Of a stretch of 47,695 bases of DNA, positions 16,334 through 25,155 are shown piece by piece. Location of the stretch: positions 1-47,695 of the forward strand of contig JAFTHC010000072.1 of NCBI GenBank assembly GCA_017457625.1. The letters are read 5' to 3'. Every line of letters begins with the position of its first letter. Position 1 is the first letter of the stretch. The notes under the pieces are model-generated. The model saw nothing but the letters and a program-made list of their open reading frames with translations. It ran no database searches and was not told where the DNA came from. Made by a program: the position numbers and the translations under genes. Source of the DNA: Kiritimatiellia bacterium. GTDB lineage: Bacteria > Verrucomicrobiota > Kiritimatiellia > RFP12 > UBA3636.

Positions 16334-16944
16334 AGAGGGACGGAACCGTCCTCATGGAGGCCGTGCTCTGCCTGCCGCTGCTCGTCGCGCTGTGCATGGG
16401 CGTGGTGGAGTTCACGCGCCTCTGGCAGGCGCGGTTCCTCGCGTTCCTCGCGGCCGACCACGCGGCGCGGGCGGCGCTCGTCCACAACCCGGCCGACTAT
16501 GCGGACGAAACGGGCGCGTTTCTCGAACGGGACGGCGTCGCCTGGGCGGCCGCCGTGGAAACGCTCGCCCCGCTCGCGCAACGCAGCGGCCTCGGGGCCG
16601 GCCTTTTTCCGGACCGGGCCCTCGCCGCGACCCGGACGCGCATCGTGCCGGAGAAGTCCGCCGAACGCGACGAAACCGTCGCGGTCACGGTCGAGTTCCT
16701 CGTGCCGCACCTGCTCGCGCCCGTGATTCCGCTTTCGGACGGACGCCCCGCCCCTTGGACGCTCTTTTCGCCCGCGGCCGTCACCGAAACCTGCGTCCTG
16801 CCCAAGCCGTGGTCGACGGAAGGTTTCCCGCGGCTTTCCGGCGCGGAACGCGACGTCCTGGTTCCGGTTCCGCCGGCCGCGCCGGAAGAGAGCGCCGACG
16901 ACGGTGCCGGGGAAGAATCCGGAGAAACGGAGGCGGCGTCGTGA
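16330..16944 (+). CDS. tadE: TadE-like pseudopilin
   Basis: GTGA overlap start. KRDG-TVLMEAVLCLPLLVALCMGVVEF matches the TadE N-terminal motif. Confidence 0.75.
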   Translation: MKRDGTVLMEAVLCLPLLVALCMGVVEFTRLWQARFLAFLAADHAARAALVHNPADYADETGAFLERDGVAWAAAVETLAPLAQRSGLGAGLFPDRALAATRTRIVPEKSAERDETVAVTVEFLVPHLLAPVIPLSDGRPAPWTLFSPAAVTETCVLPKPWSTEGFPRLSGAERDVLVPVPPAAPEESADDGAGEESGETEAAS

Positions 16945-19574
16945 GCCTCGCGCGCCCGTTTCTCGGCTCGATCCGGCGTCTTGCGCGCGACGAAAACGGC
17001 GCGGCTCTCGCGTTCACGCTCGGCGCCGTACTCTTCCTCTACGTGTTCTGCGGCGGCGCCTACATGGCCGGCGAAACGATCCGCCGCAAGGCCGAACTGC
17101 AGAACGCCTGCGACGCGGCCGCCTACTCCGCGTCCGTCGTCCAGGCCGACGTCCTTTCACGCATGGCCGTCCTCAACCGCGCCATGTCCTGGTCCTACGT
17201 CCAGATGACGCGCGCCCAGATGGACGCCATCGTCTACCGCTGGCTCGACCTGACGCGGTGGCGCTTCCGGCAGGACCTCGCGGGCATCGGGCACAGGGAC
17301 TTCGTTTCGTCGCTTTTTGCCGGCAAGAACGCCGGATATTCGCACATCGGCCACACGCCGATCGGATGTAATTTTGGCGTCGGCGGCATCGGCTGCCGCG
17401 AAGGTCTTCACGACGACAAGGATTACGGCTTTTCCCACTACATCGGCATGGGTCCGCGCAAGGACGAACTGTTCCGGGTCCGCGTCGGCTACCGCGCCGG
17501 CACGTATCTGGTCTGGAACGGGAGCGGCGACTTCGACTACGAGGTCGACGGCGAAACCATCGCGCGCGGCGTGATCGGGCAGCTGGAGAAAGGCGGCGGC
17601 GGCGAGGGCGTTCCCGGCATCGCGTCCGTCGTGGCCGCGAACCGCCTGGCCGTGTCCCTGTGCAACGGGATGCTCGCCTGGGAAAACCGGCAGATGGGTC
17701 CGGCGATCCAGGAAACGGCGCGGCTCGCGCTGCTTCTCAACCTGCCGCGCGACGCGAACGGCGACGTGCCGGCCGGCCTCGCGGACGACTACGCGGCGGT
17801 CATCGTGCCGGGCGTTTCGCCCGCGCCGCCCGAGTACCGGGATGCCGACGCGGACGCGGACGGCGCCGTCGCGTCCGGCTACTTCCGCGCACTGCACAAC
17901 ACGGAAGAAGACGAACTGCGGTTTCTCGCGATGGCGGACGGCGTTCCGCCGGAGCGCGCCGGGGACCTGCGCCTCGTGGACTACTTTTCGCCGTCGTCGG
18001 GGAACGGGGGGCGGCGCCTTGCGGGCGGTCTCGACCAGTGGTTCGTCCGGTGCGCCGTCGACGAACCGGAACAAGACCGGCTGGACGTCGTCCGGAAATG
18101 GTCCGCCCCCGCCCCCTACATCGCCCGCGGCTACAAAAACGCCAATTACGGCGAAGGCGCCAGCGCCGGCTCCCTCGCGCAGAAGGCGACGGGGCTCGGC
18201 GTCGACATCCACCGGGGCAACTACGTCTTCGACGGAACGGACGTTGCCGGCTTGATCGGCGCAATCGGGAAAAACGGATTTCCCAAGCTCTCCAAATTCC
18301 TTGCAGACAAACCTTCCTCCCCATGGAAGAAGGCATTTTGGCGCGCAGCCCGATTATTGATGCAGAAAATCGACGATGCGGTTTCGCCCTTCCGGAGCGT
18401 TGCCGATTCCTGGCGCAAAGCGGTCCTCAACGTTGTCGGCCGAATCGCTTCGACGGACGTGGAACCATCCTGCATCAACGTCCGGTCGCGTTTTCCCGAC
18501 CAGTGCGAAACGCCGAATGAAACCTACGGGCTCGTGTCCGAATACGAGTGGGCGACGGCGAACTGGATCTGCTGCTGGCTCAACGTCAAATACTGCAAGT
18601 TCTGCATCCACGTCCCGCTCCCCATCGCGGCCATCCACGGCGGCGCGGCCGGCGACGGCTACGGGTCGTCCGGGCAGCCGCTTTCATGGCTCGGGGAAGA
18701 GATCAAGGCGATCAAGAAAGGCGGCGGCCATTCCCGGAGCGCCTACCGCTCCACGTTCATCGGATTGGACGGCGAATTTCCGACGGCGTGCGGCCATCCC
18801 GGCGGCGTGAACGGCCGGGGCGCCAACATGCTTCTCAAGGGCTACGTCCGGATCTACGGCGACGACCGCCGTCTCCTCGTGCCGGCGGCCCGGGACCTCT
18901 ACGTCGGCGAACCGGCCAAACCGTGGATTCTCGGCGACGAATACTTCGCCGGCGGCGGCACGACCGTCGTGGGCCTGGCGCGCAAGACCCGCAACGTCTT
19001 CGAGACGTTTCTCGGACCGATCGCCCCGCCCGGGCTCTACGGCGCCTTCGAGCCGGACACGAACGCCGCGCCCCGCCTCGTCGCCTTCTCCGCCGCGCGG
19101 GCCGGATACGCGCGGCGGACCGGGGACGGACTGGCGGACGGAGCCGATTCCGTCAACGCGGGCAACCCGCCTTCGCCGCGCTGGGAAACCGTCGCGGGAC
19201 ACGAGGCGGACGGGCCCGCCCCGCGTCTGCCCGACGGCATGAACGCGGCGCTCCGCGCCCGTCTGGCCGCCGCGCGCATCGGCTGCGTGTGCGGCCCTGC
19301 CTCGGCCGCCGCGCTGCGGCACGGCTGGAACCTCTCGCAGACCGACTGGAACGGCCAGCTTCTCCCCCTGCGCCACGCCTTCGCCGGAACGGACGACGCC
19401 GGCGACTGGGAATGGGACGACGGCGCCGCCCTGCGGCGGCTTCTCGAGCGCCTCGTCTCGGCCGACGCCGTCTGGAAAAGCCTCGGCGAGGGCGACGGCG
19501 GCTCCCTGGAAAGCATCCTCGGAACGAATCCCGACACCGTTTTCAACCTTCTCCTGAAACGCCGAATCCTCTAG
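16941..19574 (+). CDS. tadG: large TadG-like pilus-associated protein (877 aa)
   Basis: GTGA overlap start. N-terminus ARDENGAALAFTLGAVLFLYVFCGGAYMAGETIRRKAELQNACDAAAYSASV resembles the TadG/Tad N-terminal domain. Cys cluster: CINVRSRFPDQCE...WICCWLNVKYCKFCIH. Confidence 0.75.
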   Translation: MSLARPFLGSIRRLARDENGAALAFTLGAVLFLYVFCGGAYMAGETIRRKAELQNACDAAAYSASVVQADVLSRMAVLNRAMSWSYVQMTRAQMDAIVYRWLDLTRWRFRQDLAGIGHRDFVSSLFAGKNAGYSHIGHTPIGCNFGVGGIGCREGLHDDKDYGFSHYIGMGPRKDELFRVRVGYRAGTYLVWNGSGDFDYEVDGETIARGVIGQLEKGGGGEGVPGIASVVAANRLAVSLCNGMLAWENRQMGPAIQETARLALLLNLPRDANGDVPAGLADDYAAVIVPGVSPAPPEYRDADADADGAVASGYFRALHNTEEDELRFLAMADGVPPERAGDLRLVDYFSPSSGNGGRRLAGGLDQWFVRCAVDEPEQDRLDVVRKWSAPAPYIARGYKNANYGEGASAGSLAQKATGLGVDIHRGNYVFDGTDVAGLIGAIGKNGFPKLSKFLADKPSSPWKKAFWRAARLLMQKIDDAVSPFRSVADSWRKAVLNVVGRIASTDVEPSCINVRSRFPDQCETPNETYGLVSEYEWATANWICCWLNVKYCKFCIHVPLPIAAIHGGAAGDGYGSSGQPLSWLGEEIKAIKKGGGHSRSAYRSTFIGLDGEFPTACGHPGGVNGRGANMLLKGYVRIYGDDRRLLVPAARDLYVGEPAKPWILGDEYFAGGGTTVVGLARKTRNVFETFLGPIAPPGLYGAFEPDTNAAPRLVAFSAARAGYARRTGDGLADGADSVNAGNPPSPRWETVAGHEADGPAPRLPDGMNAALRARLAAARIGCVCGPASAAALRHGWNLSQTDWNGQLLPLRHAFAGTDDAGDWEWDDGAALRRLLERLVSADAVWKSLGEGDGGSLESILGTNPDTVFNLLLKRRIL

Positions 19575-19591
19575 AACGCCACGCCACCACG

Positions 19592-20632
19592 ATGAAACGA
19601 ACGATACCGATCCTGCTCTGCGCCGCGGGCGCGCTGGCCGCCGCCCGGGCGGCCGAGCCGCCGGCCGCGCCGGACGCCGCGCCGGACACCGCGCTCGCCG
19701 GCCGCGGCACGCTGGTCGCGGCCTGGGCGGATTCCTTCCGCCGCACGGCGGCGACGAACGCCGCCGCGCTGCCCAACGCCTTCGAGCCCGCCGCCGCCGC
19801 CCGCTGGGCGGACGGCCCGGCCCGCGAACTCACGGCCGCGCTGCAGGCCGACTTTTTCGCGGGCGCCCACGTGCTGCTGGGCCCGTTCGGCGAAACGGAC
19901 GCGCTCGTCGCCTTCCACAACCCGTTCTGGGACGCGCTGCTCTTCGTGGAAACGGGCGGCGGATATCTTCCCGGATCGCCGGACAAGGCCGGTTCGTTCC
20001 GGCCCGGAAAGGTCGTCCGTTTCCGCTGGATCGACGGCGAAACGTTCCGCGGATCGACCGTGGCCCCGGGCGGACCGTTTGCGCTCGGCGTCCTCCGCGC
20101 GCAGGCGGCCACGGTGCGCCGCTTCGACGAACGGTTCCCCGACGCGGACGGATCCGCGTTTCTGGACGACGCCGCGCTCGGCGTCGCGCCCGCGGACGGC
20201 GACGCGGCCGCGTGGACCCGCATCCTGGACGGCCCCGCCGTGCGGCTCCGGGCCGGCCTGGCGCTTGCGACCAACCGCATGGACCGCGCCGTCGCCGGAC
20301 GCTGCGAAGAGCTGCTCCGCCGCGGTTCCGCGCCGGCGCTGCGGCGCCATTTCGCGGACGGCGCGCACGCGCGTTTCCGGGATTCGTTCCTCCGCCTGCC
20401 GCCCGCCATGCGCGAGGGGTTCTCGCTCTACGGCTACGTCCCGGGCGGGGACGGCTCTCTCTTCCTGTTCGTGAACGAAGACGTCCCGCGCCTGTTCGCG
20501 ACCGTTTCGATGCCGCGCGGCCGCACGCGCGACGCCGCAAGCGGCGAACCGGCGTTCGAGTGGTATGACCTGCGCGAAGCGGCACGCTACCTGAAGGCCG
20601 TGCGCGAAGCCGGAAAGGAGGAACCGCAATGA
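19592..20632 (+). CDS. secreted protein, unknown function (translationally coupled to the lipase gene)
   Basis: Signal peptide MKRTIPILLCAAGALAAARA. No family recognised. Its stop overlaps the lipase start (ATGA at 20629-20632). Confidence 0.7.
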   Translation: MKRTIPILLCAAGALAAARAAEPPAAPDAAPDTALAGRGTLVAAWADSFRRTAATNAAALPNAFEPAAAARWADGPARELTAALQADFFAGAHVLLGPFGETDALVAFHNPFWDALLFVETGGGYLPGSPDKAGSFRPGKVVRFRWIDGETFRGSTVAPGGPFALGVLRAQAATVRRFDERFPDADGSAFLDDAALGVAPADGDAAAWTRILDGPAVRLRAGLALATNRMDRAVAGRCEELLRRGSAPALRRHFADGAHARFRDSFLRLPPAMREGFSLYGYVPGGDGSLFLFVNEDVPRLFATVSMPRGRTRDAASGEPAFEWYDLREAARYLKAVREAGKEEPQ

Positions 20633-22692
20633 GAAAGAGCGTGTTCCACGCGGCGGCGGCCGCCGCCGCGCTGCTCCTCGCGATCCCCGCGGAAGGCTCC
20701 CTCTCGAACGTCTTCAGCGGTCTGGCGGGCAACGCGGTCTCGGAATTCTTCTACGATCCGCCGAGCGGCGTCGTCAAAGTCCCGTGGTTCGGTTCCTGCC
20801 CCGATTTCGAATCGAACCACTCGGCCGCCGAACGGCAGCGCGTCGCGGACATGGGGGTTCTCGCCGAAGCCGCCTACCAGGACGGGAAGAAACCTCCCGC
20901 CGGCTACTCGGCCCTTTCGCCCAAGGAGGCCGCGAAACTGGCCGGACCGGGCTTTTCCGTAGCCGAGGACGGGACCGTCTCCCTGTCGGGCGTCAAGTGG
21001 GCGTCCGGCTTCGACGCGGTGCTCTACCGCAACGACCGGACGGGGGAAATCACGGTCGCGTTCCGCGGCACGGAGCTCACGTCTCCCGGCGACATCGCGA
21101 CGGACATCGCCCAAATCGGCACCGGCTCCGTTCCGGCCCAATACAAGGCCGCCGCGGAGCTGCTCCGCAACGTCCTGGCGGGCACGGACGGCCCCGTCTC
21201 CGTCGCCGGCCATTCGCTCGGCGGCGGCCTTGCGCAATACGCGGTCGCCGCCAATTCGCCCGGGTCCGCGTCGCGGCTCTCCGGCTACACGTTCAACTCC
21301 GCCGGCCTCTCCCACGCCGTCGTGGATTCCCTGCCCGACGCCGCCCGCGAGTCCGCCGCCGCGCGGATGACCAACGTCCGCAACGACGGCGACAGCGTGA
21401 GTTTCTTCGGCTGCCACCTCGGCACGATGTATGACGTCCCGAACGACGGCTTTTTCGCCCACTCCGTTTCGATCCTGAACCGCAATCTCGTCGGCAAGGA
21501 CCAGCTGCCGGCGGAAATCGCGGACGCCGCGGGCGGCAACGGCTTTGCGGGGATTCTCGACAACCTGCGCGACGGGTTCGCGGCGATGTTCCCGGACGGT
21601 CTTTCCGGCGAACTGGCCGCCGCCGCCGAGGACTGGCTCCGCGCCTGGGCGGAACGCGAAGCGGCGCGTCTGGCCGGAAAACTCGACGAAGCGCTCGAGC
21701 GCGAGCTGGCGCGGCTCGAGAAACGGTTTCTCGGGCTCCTGCCCGAAGGCCCGGCCCGCGAGGCCGGCTCCCGCCTCGTCTCCGACCTGAAGGCCGGCAA
21801 CTGGGACGCGCTCGCCGGCGACGCCCTGGACGTCGGCCTGGGCGCCGGCGAAACCGCGCTCCGCGACTCGCTCGAGCGCCTCGGCATCCACGGCGACGAG
21901 CAGGACGCCATCGTGAAAGGCGCGCGGGACGCCGTCGACGCGGCCATCGCGGGCGGCGATCCCGTTTCGGCGATCGGCGACGCGGCGCGGGGCTACGTCG
22001 ACGGAAAAATCCGGGAACGGTTCGGGGACGACGTCGCCGACAAGTTCGGAAAACTCTGGGACGCCGCCTTGGGCGAAGGCGATCCGTGGGTCGCACTCGG
22101 CGATTTCGTCGACTCGGTCGAGGTCTGGGCGTTCGACAAGTTCGAAGAGAAGGTCGAAAACTTCCTCCGCGGCGAGCTGGACGGCCTGTTCGCCCGCCAT
22201 CCCGAGTTGACGGAAATGTTCGGCCTCTCGACGGACAAGCTCATGGCTCTCGGCGGCAACGTCTGGGGCATCGTGACGGGCGACGGGACGCTGGCGGAAA
22301 AACTCGGCGCCGTCGCGGATCTGGTCGCCGACACGCTCGCCGAAGCGTTCGAAACCTTCGTCGACTGGGCCATCGGAAAGGCCCTCGAACAACTTGACGC
22401 CATCGTGTCGAAAATCTCGGAAGCCGTCGAAAAAGCCGTGCAGAAGATACTCGACGGCGTCAACCGGCTCGTCGACAAGGCCAACGAGCTCGTCGACAGG
22501 TGGAACGCCGCCTGCGACTCCTACCTGAAAAAGCTCGACAAGATCCTCGCCGGCGCCGGGCGCGTGGCCACGGTCCTCGGCGGCGAGGACTGGGCCGAAA
22601 TCTCCGAAGGCATCCAAAACGCGCGCCGGAACGTCCGGCTCCTCCACTTGGATCGGATTCCGCACGTCGCCATCCCGCCCGCGACCCCGTGA
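20629..22692 (+). CDS. secreted class-3-lipase-like alpha/beta hydrolase with ~400 aa helical C-terminal extension
   Basis: Signal peptide AAAALLLAIPAEG. ITVAFRGTE ... VSVAGHSLGGGLAQYA, with the nucleophile Ser codon at 21214-21216. Candidate triad residues are Asp in VRNDGDSVSFF and His in FFAHSVS. The C-terminal half is Asp/Glu/Ala/Leu-rich and helical. Confidence 0.8.
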   Translation: MRKSVFHAAAAAAALLLAIPAEGSLSNVFSGLAGNAVSEFFYDPPSGVVKVPWFGSCPDFESNHSAAERQRVADMGVLAEAAYQDGKKPPAGYSALSPKEAAKLAGPGFSVAEDGTVSLSGVKWASGFDAVLYRNDRTGEITVAFRGTELTSPGDIATDIAQIGTGSVPAQYKAAAELLRNVLAGTDGPVSVAGHSLGGGLAQYAVAANSPGSASRLSGYTFNSAGLSHAVVDSLPDAARESAAARMTNVRNDGDSVSFFGCHLGTMYDVPNDGFFAHSVSILNRNLVGKDQLPAEIADAAGGNGFAGILDNLRDGFAAMFPDGLSGELAAAAEDWLRAWAEREAARLAGKLDEALERELARLEKRFLGLLPEGPAREAGSRLVSDLKAGNWDALAGDALDVGLGAGETALRDSLERLGIHGDEQDAIVKGARDAVDAAIAGGDPVSAIGDAARGYVDGKIRERFGDDVADKFGKLWDAALGEGDPWVALGDFVDSVEVWAFDKFEEKVENFLRGELDGLFARHPELTEMFGLSTDKLMALGGNVWGIVTGDGTLAEKLGAVADLVADTLAEAFETFVDWAIGKALEQLDAIVSKISEAVEKAVQKILDGVNRLVDKANELVDRWNAACDSYLKKLDKILAGAGRVATVLGGEDWAEISEGIQNARRNVRLLHLDRIPHVAIPPATP

Positions 22693-23423
22693 GAACGACA
22701 GCGCCGGCCCCGGCCGCGCGCGGCCGCAGAGAAGGAACCGTCCTCATGGAGACGGTTCTCGTCCTGCCCGTCTACCTGGCGCTTCTCGGCGGACTGTTCA
22801 TCGTCGGGGACGTGCTGGTCGGGCGGCTGCGGCTTTCTTCGATGGACCGGCTCGCCGCGTGGCGCGGCGATTCGCCGCACCAGGCGTCCGTCCGGGACGT
22901 CTACGCCGGCCGGATCGCCGATCCGGACGACCCGGGAAGCGGGGCGTCCATGATCCTGGACGAGGCGCGCACGTGGGCGCTCGACCCGAGCGCCGATCCG
23001 GACGGGACCGCGAGCGGCGGCGGCTCCGCCGCCGTCGAACTGGCCGGCAACGGCTGGGCCGATCTGGTCTACGGCCGCGCGGACGCGGAAGTGGACGTCC
23101 CGTTCTGGGTCGGGGCGGCCAACGCGCCCCTTCTGTCCGATCCGGACGCGGCCGGACGCTTCCGGTTCCAGTCCAGGGCGGTCCTGTATCCGGGCATGGC
23201 CGGCGGCGAGTCGGGCCGCGTTTTTCTCGTGCGCCGGCGAACCGCGCCGGATCCGGCCGTTCCGCGGCGGGACGCGACCGCCGCCGCCTTGGCCACGACC
23301 TGGGCGGCCGTCGTCGCCGATCCGCTGCCCGGCCTGCGGACGGCGCCGGCCGTCGCCTCGCCGGCGGGCGACGGCGCGGGAACTTACGTGCGGCATCCCG
23401 TGGCCGTCGCGTTGGGAGAATGA
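22689..23423 (+). CDS. second TadE-like pseudopilin
   Basis: GTGA overlap start. RREG-TVLMETVLVLPVYLALLGGLFIV has the same G-TVLME motif as the 16330 gene. Confidence 0.7.
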   Translation: MRTTAPAPAARGRREGTVLMETVLVLPVYLALLGGLFIVGDVLVGRLRLSSMDRLAAWRGDSPHQASVRDVYAGRIADPDDPGSGASMILDEARTWALDPSADPDGTASGGGSAAVELAGNGWADLVYGRADAEVDVPFWVGAANAPLLSDPDAAGRFRFQSRAVLYPGMAGGESGRVFLVRRRTAPDPAVPRRDATAAALATTWAAVVADPLPGLRTAPAVASPAGDGAGTYVRHPVAVALGE

Positions 23424-23427
23424 CGCG

Positions 23428-23901
23428 ATGAAGGTTCCGTTTTTCGCAGTCGCCCTCGCGGCCGCGGCGGCCGTGGCCGCCGACTTCCGGATGCCGCCGT
23501 CGTTCCGGCCGCTCGCTTCGGACGACACCGGCCGGACCTGGAAGGAAACGGGCGCGATCGCGCAGCCCTTCGCGGCGGCGCTCGCGACCGTCCGCGCCGC
23601 GTTCGACGCGCAGGGATGGACCGTCGAGCGCGAATTCGCTCCAGAAGGGGGCGCCGATTCTTCGCGCATGTTCCAGTGCGCGTCCGGCGATGCCGGCATC
23701 CTGCTCCTCGCCCTCCGCGATTCGCCCACGAACACCTTCGTTTCCTGGGGATTCCTCTCGCGCGGAGGGGAGAATGGTTCCCACGCGGAGGGCGCGGAGG
23801 TCGAATCTCACGCGGAGGGCGCGGAGTCCGCGGAGGGGGCGGAGAGTGAAGGTAGGGACGGCTCCACGAGCCGTCCGAAACCGGAAGAAGAAAAGGAATG
23901 A
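23428..23901 (+). CDS. small secreted protein with acidic repeat tail
   Basis: Signal peptide MKVPFFAVALAAAAAVAA, a ~95 aa globular part, then the tail SHAEGAEVESHAEGAESAEGAESEG (DNA repeat about 23781-23850). Its stop overlaps the radical SAM start. Confidence 0.65.
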   Translation: MKVPFFAVALAAAAAVAADFRMPPSFRPLASDDTGRTWKETGAIAQPFAAALATVRAAFDAQGWTVEREFAPEGGADSSRMFQCASGDAGILLLALRDSPTNTFVSWGFLSRGGENGSHAEGAEVESHAEGAESAEGAESEGRDGSTSRPKPEEEKE

Positions 23902-25139
23902 ACGACATGTCCATCACCCTCTCCCTCACGCACGACTGCAACCTGCGCTGCTCCTACTGCTACGCGGGACGGAAGAGCCATCGCGCGATGACTCGCGCGA
24001 CGATGCAGCGGGCGCTCGAATGGGCGGTCGGCTACCACAAGGCCCATGCGCTCGGGCGGAATTTCGTCCTCGGCTTCTTCGGCGGCGAGCCGCTGCTGGA
24101 ATGGGATCTTCTGCGCGAGGCGGACGCGCTGGCGGAACGACTCTGCCGCGAGGCCGGTCTGGAACTGCGCCGGACGCTCACGACGAACGGAACGCTGCTG
24201 GACGAAGAGAAGGCGCGCTGGCTGACGGAACGCCACTACACGATCGGTCTTTCGCTGGACGGCCCGCCGGAGCGCCATGACCGGTTCCGCCGGCACGCCG
24301 ACGGGAGCGGATCCTACGCCGAGGCCGTCCGCGCCGTCCGGCTGCTTTCGCCGTATCGGGAGCCGTGTCCGGAATTCAACTGCGTCGTCCGGCCCGATTC
24401 GCTCGAATCCGTGCCGGAGGCCGTCCGGCACCTGGCGGCGCTGGCCGGCTTCCCGATCGCGCTCAATCCCGATTTCACGGCCGCATGGAAGCCATCCGAC
24501 CGCGAGCCCTTCCGCCGGGCCTACGGCGAGGTGGCCGATTTCTGCGTTTCCGAATGGCGCGAGGGGAGGCCTCTGCACGTCACGTGGATCGACGCCAAGT
24601 TGAAGACGCTCCTGATGGACGGCTACCGCGAACAGGACCGGTGCTGCCCGGTGAGGAGAGAGCTGGCCGCTGCGCCGTCGGGCAACCTGTATCCCTGCCC
24701 GAACCTCGTGGGCGAGGACGACCGCGCCGACCTGCGGCTTGGCGACGTGTTCTCGGGGATTGACGCGGAGGCGCTCCGCAAGGCGCTTTCGCGGTGCGGT
24801 TCGTCCCTGCCGGCCTGCAAGTCGTGTCCCGTCGCCCCGCGCTGCCAGAACTGGTGCGGATGCGCCAACTGGTTCTCGACCGGCCGCACGGACGCCGTCT
24901 CGCCGTTCCAGTGCTTTTACGAAAAGACGACGATCGAACTCGCGGACCGGGTCGCCGAGACCCTTCTCGCAGAGAAGTGCGAACCGTTCCTCGCCCACTT
25001 CGGCGAGTTCATCCGGGTCGCCGCGCCGGAAGTCGCCGCCGAAGTCTCGGGCGCCGCCCGAAGCCCGTCCGCCTCCCTCCCTCAACCCCAACCCCGCGGG
25101 TCGCGGGCGGACGCGGCGGATGCCGCGCCCGCCACGTGA
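23898..25139 (+). CDS. radical SAM enzyme with SPASM-type C-terminal Cys clusters (anSME-like)
   Basis: CNLRCSYC (CX3CX2C) at 23937-23960. GGEPLL. C-terminal clusters: CCPVRRELAAAPSGNLYPCP and CKSCPVAPRCQNWCGC. Confidence 0.9.
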   Translation: MNDMSITLSLTHDCNLRCSYCYAGRKSHRAMTRATMQRALEWAVGYHKAHALGRNFVLGFFGGEPLLEWDLLREADALAERLCREAGLELRRTLTTNGTLLDEEKARWLTERHYTIGLSLDGPPERHDRFRRHADGSGSYAEAVRAVRLLSPYREPCPEFNCVVRPDSLESVPEAVRHLAALAGFPIALNPDFTAAWKPSDREPFRRAYGEVADFCVSEWREGRPLHVTWIDAKLKTLLMDGYREQDRCCPVRRELAAAPSGNLYPCPNLVGEDDRADLRLGDVFSGIDAEALRKALSRCGSSLPACKSCPVAPRCQNWCGCANWFSTGRTDAVSPFQCFYEKTTIELADRVAETLLAEKCEPFLAHFGEFIRVAAPEVAAEVSGAARSPSASLPQPQPRGSRADAADAAPAT

Positions 25140-25155
25140 CCCGCCCAATAACGCC

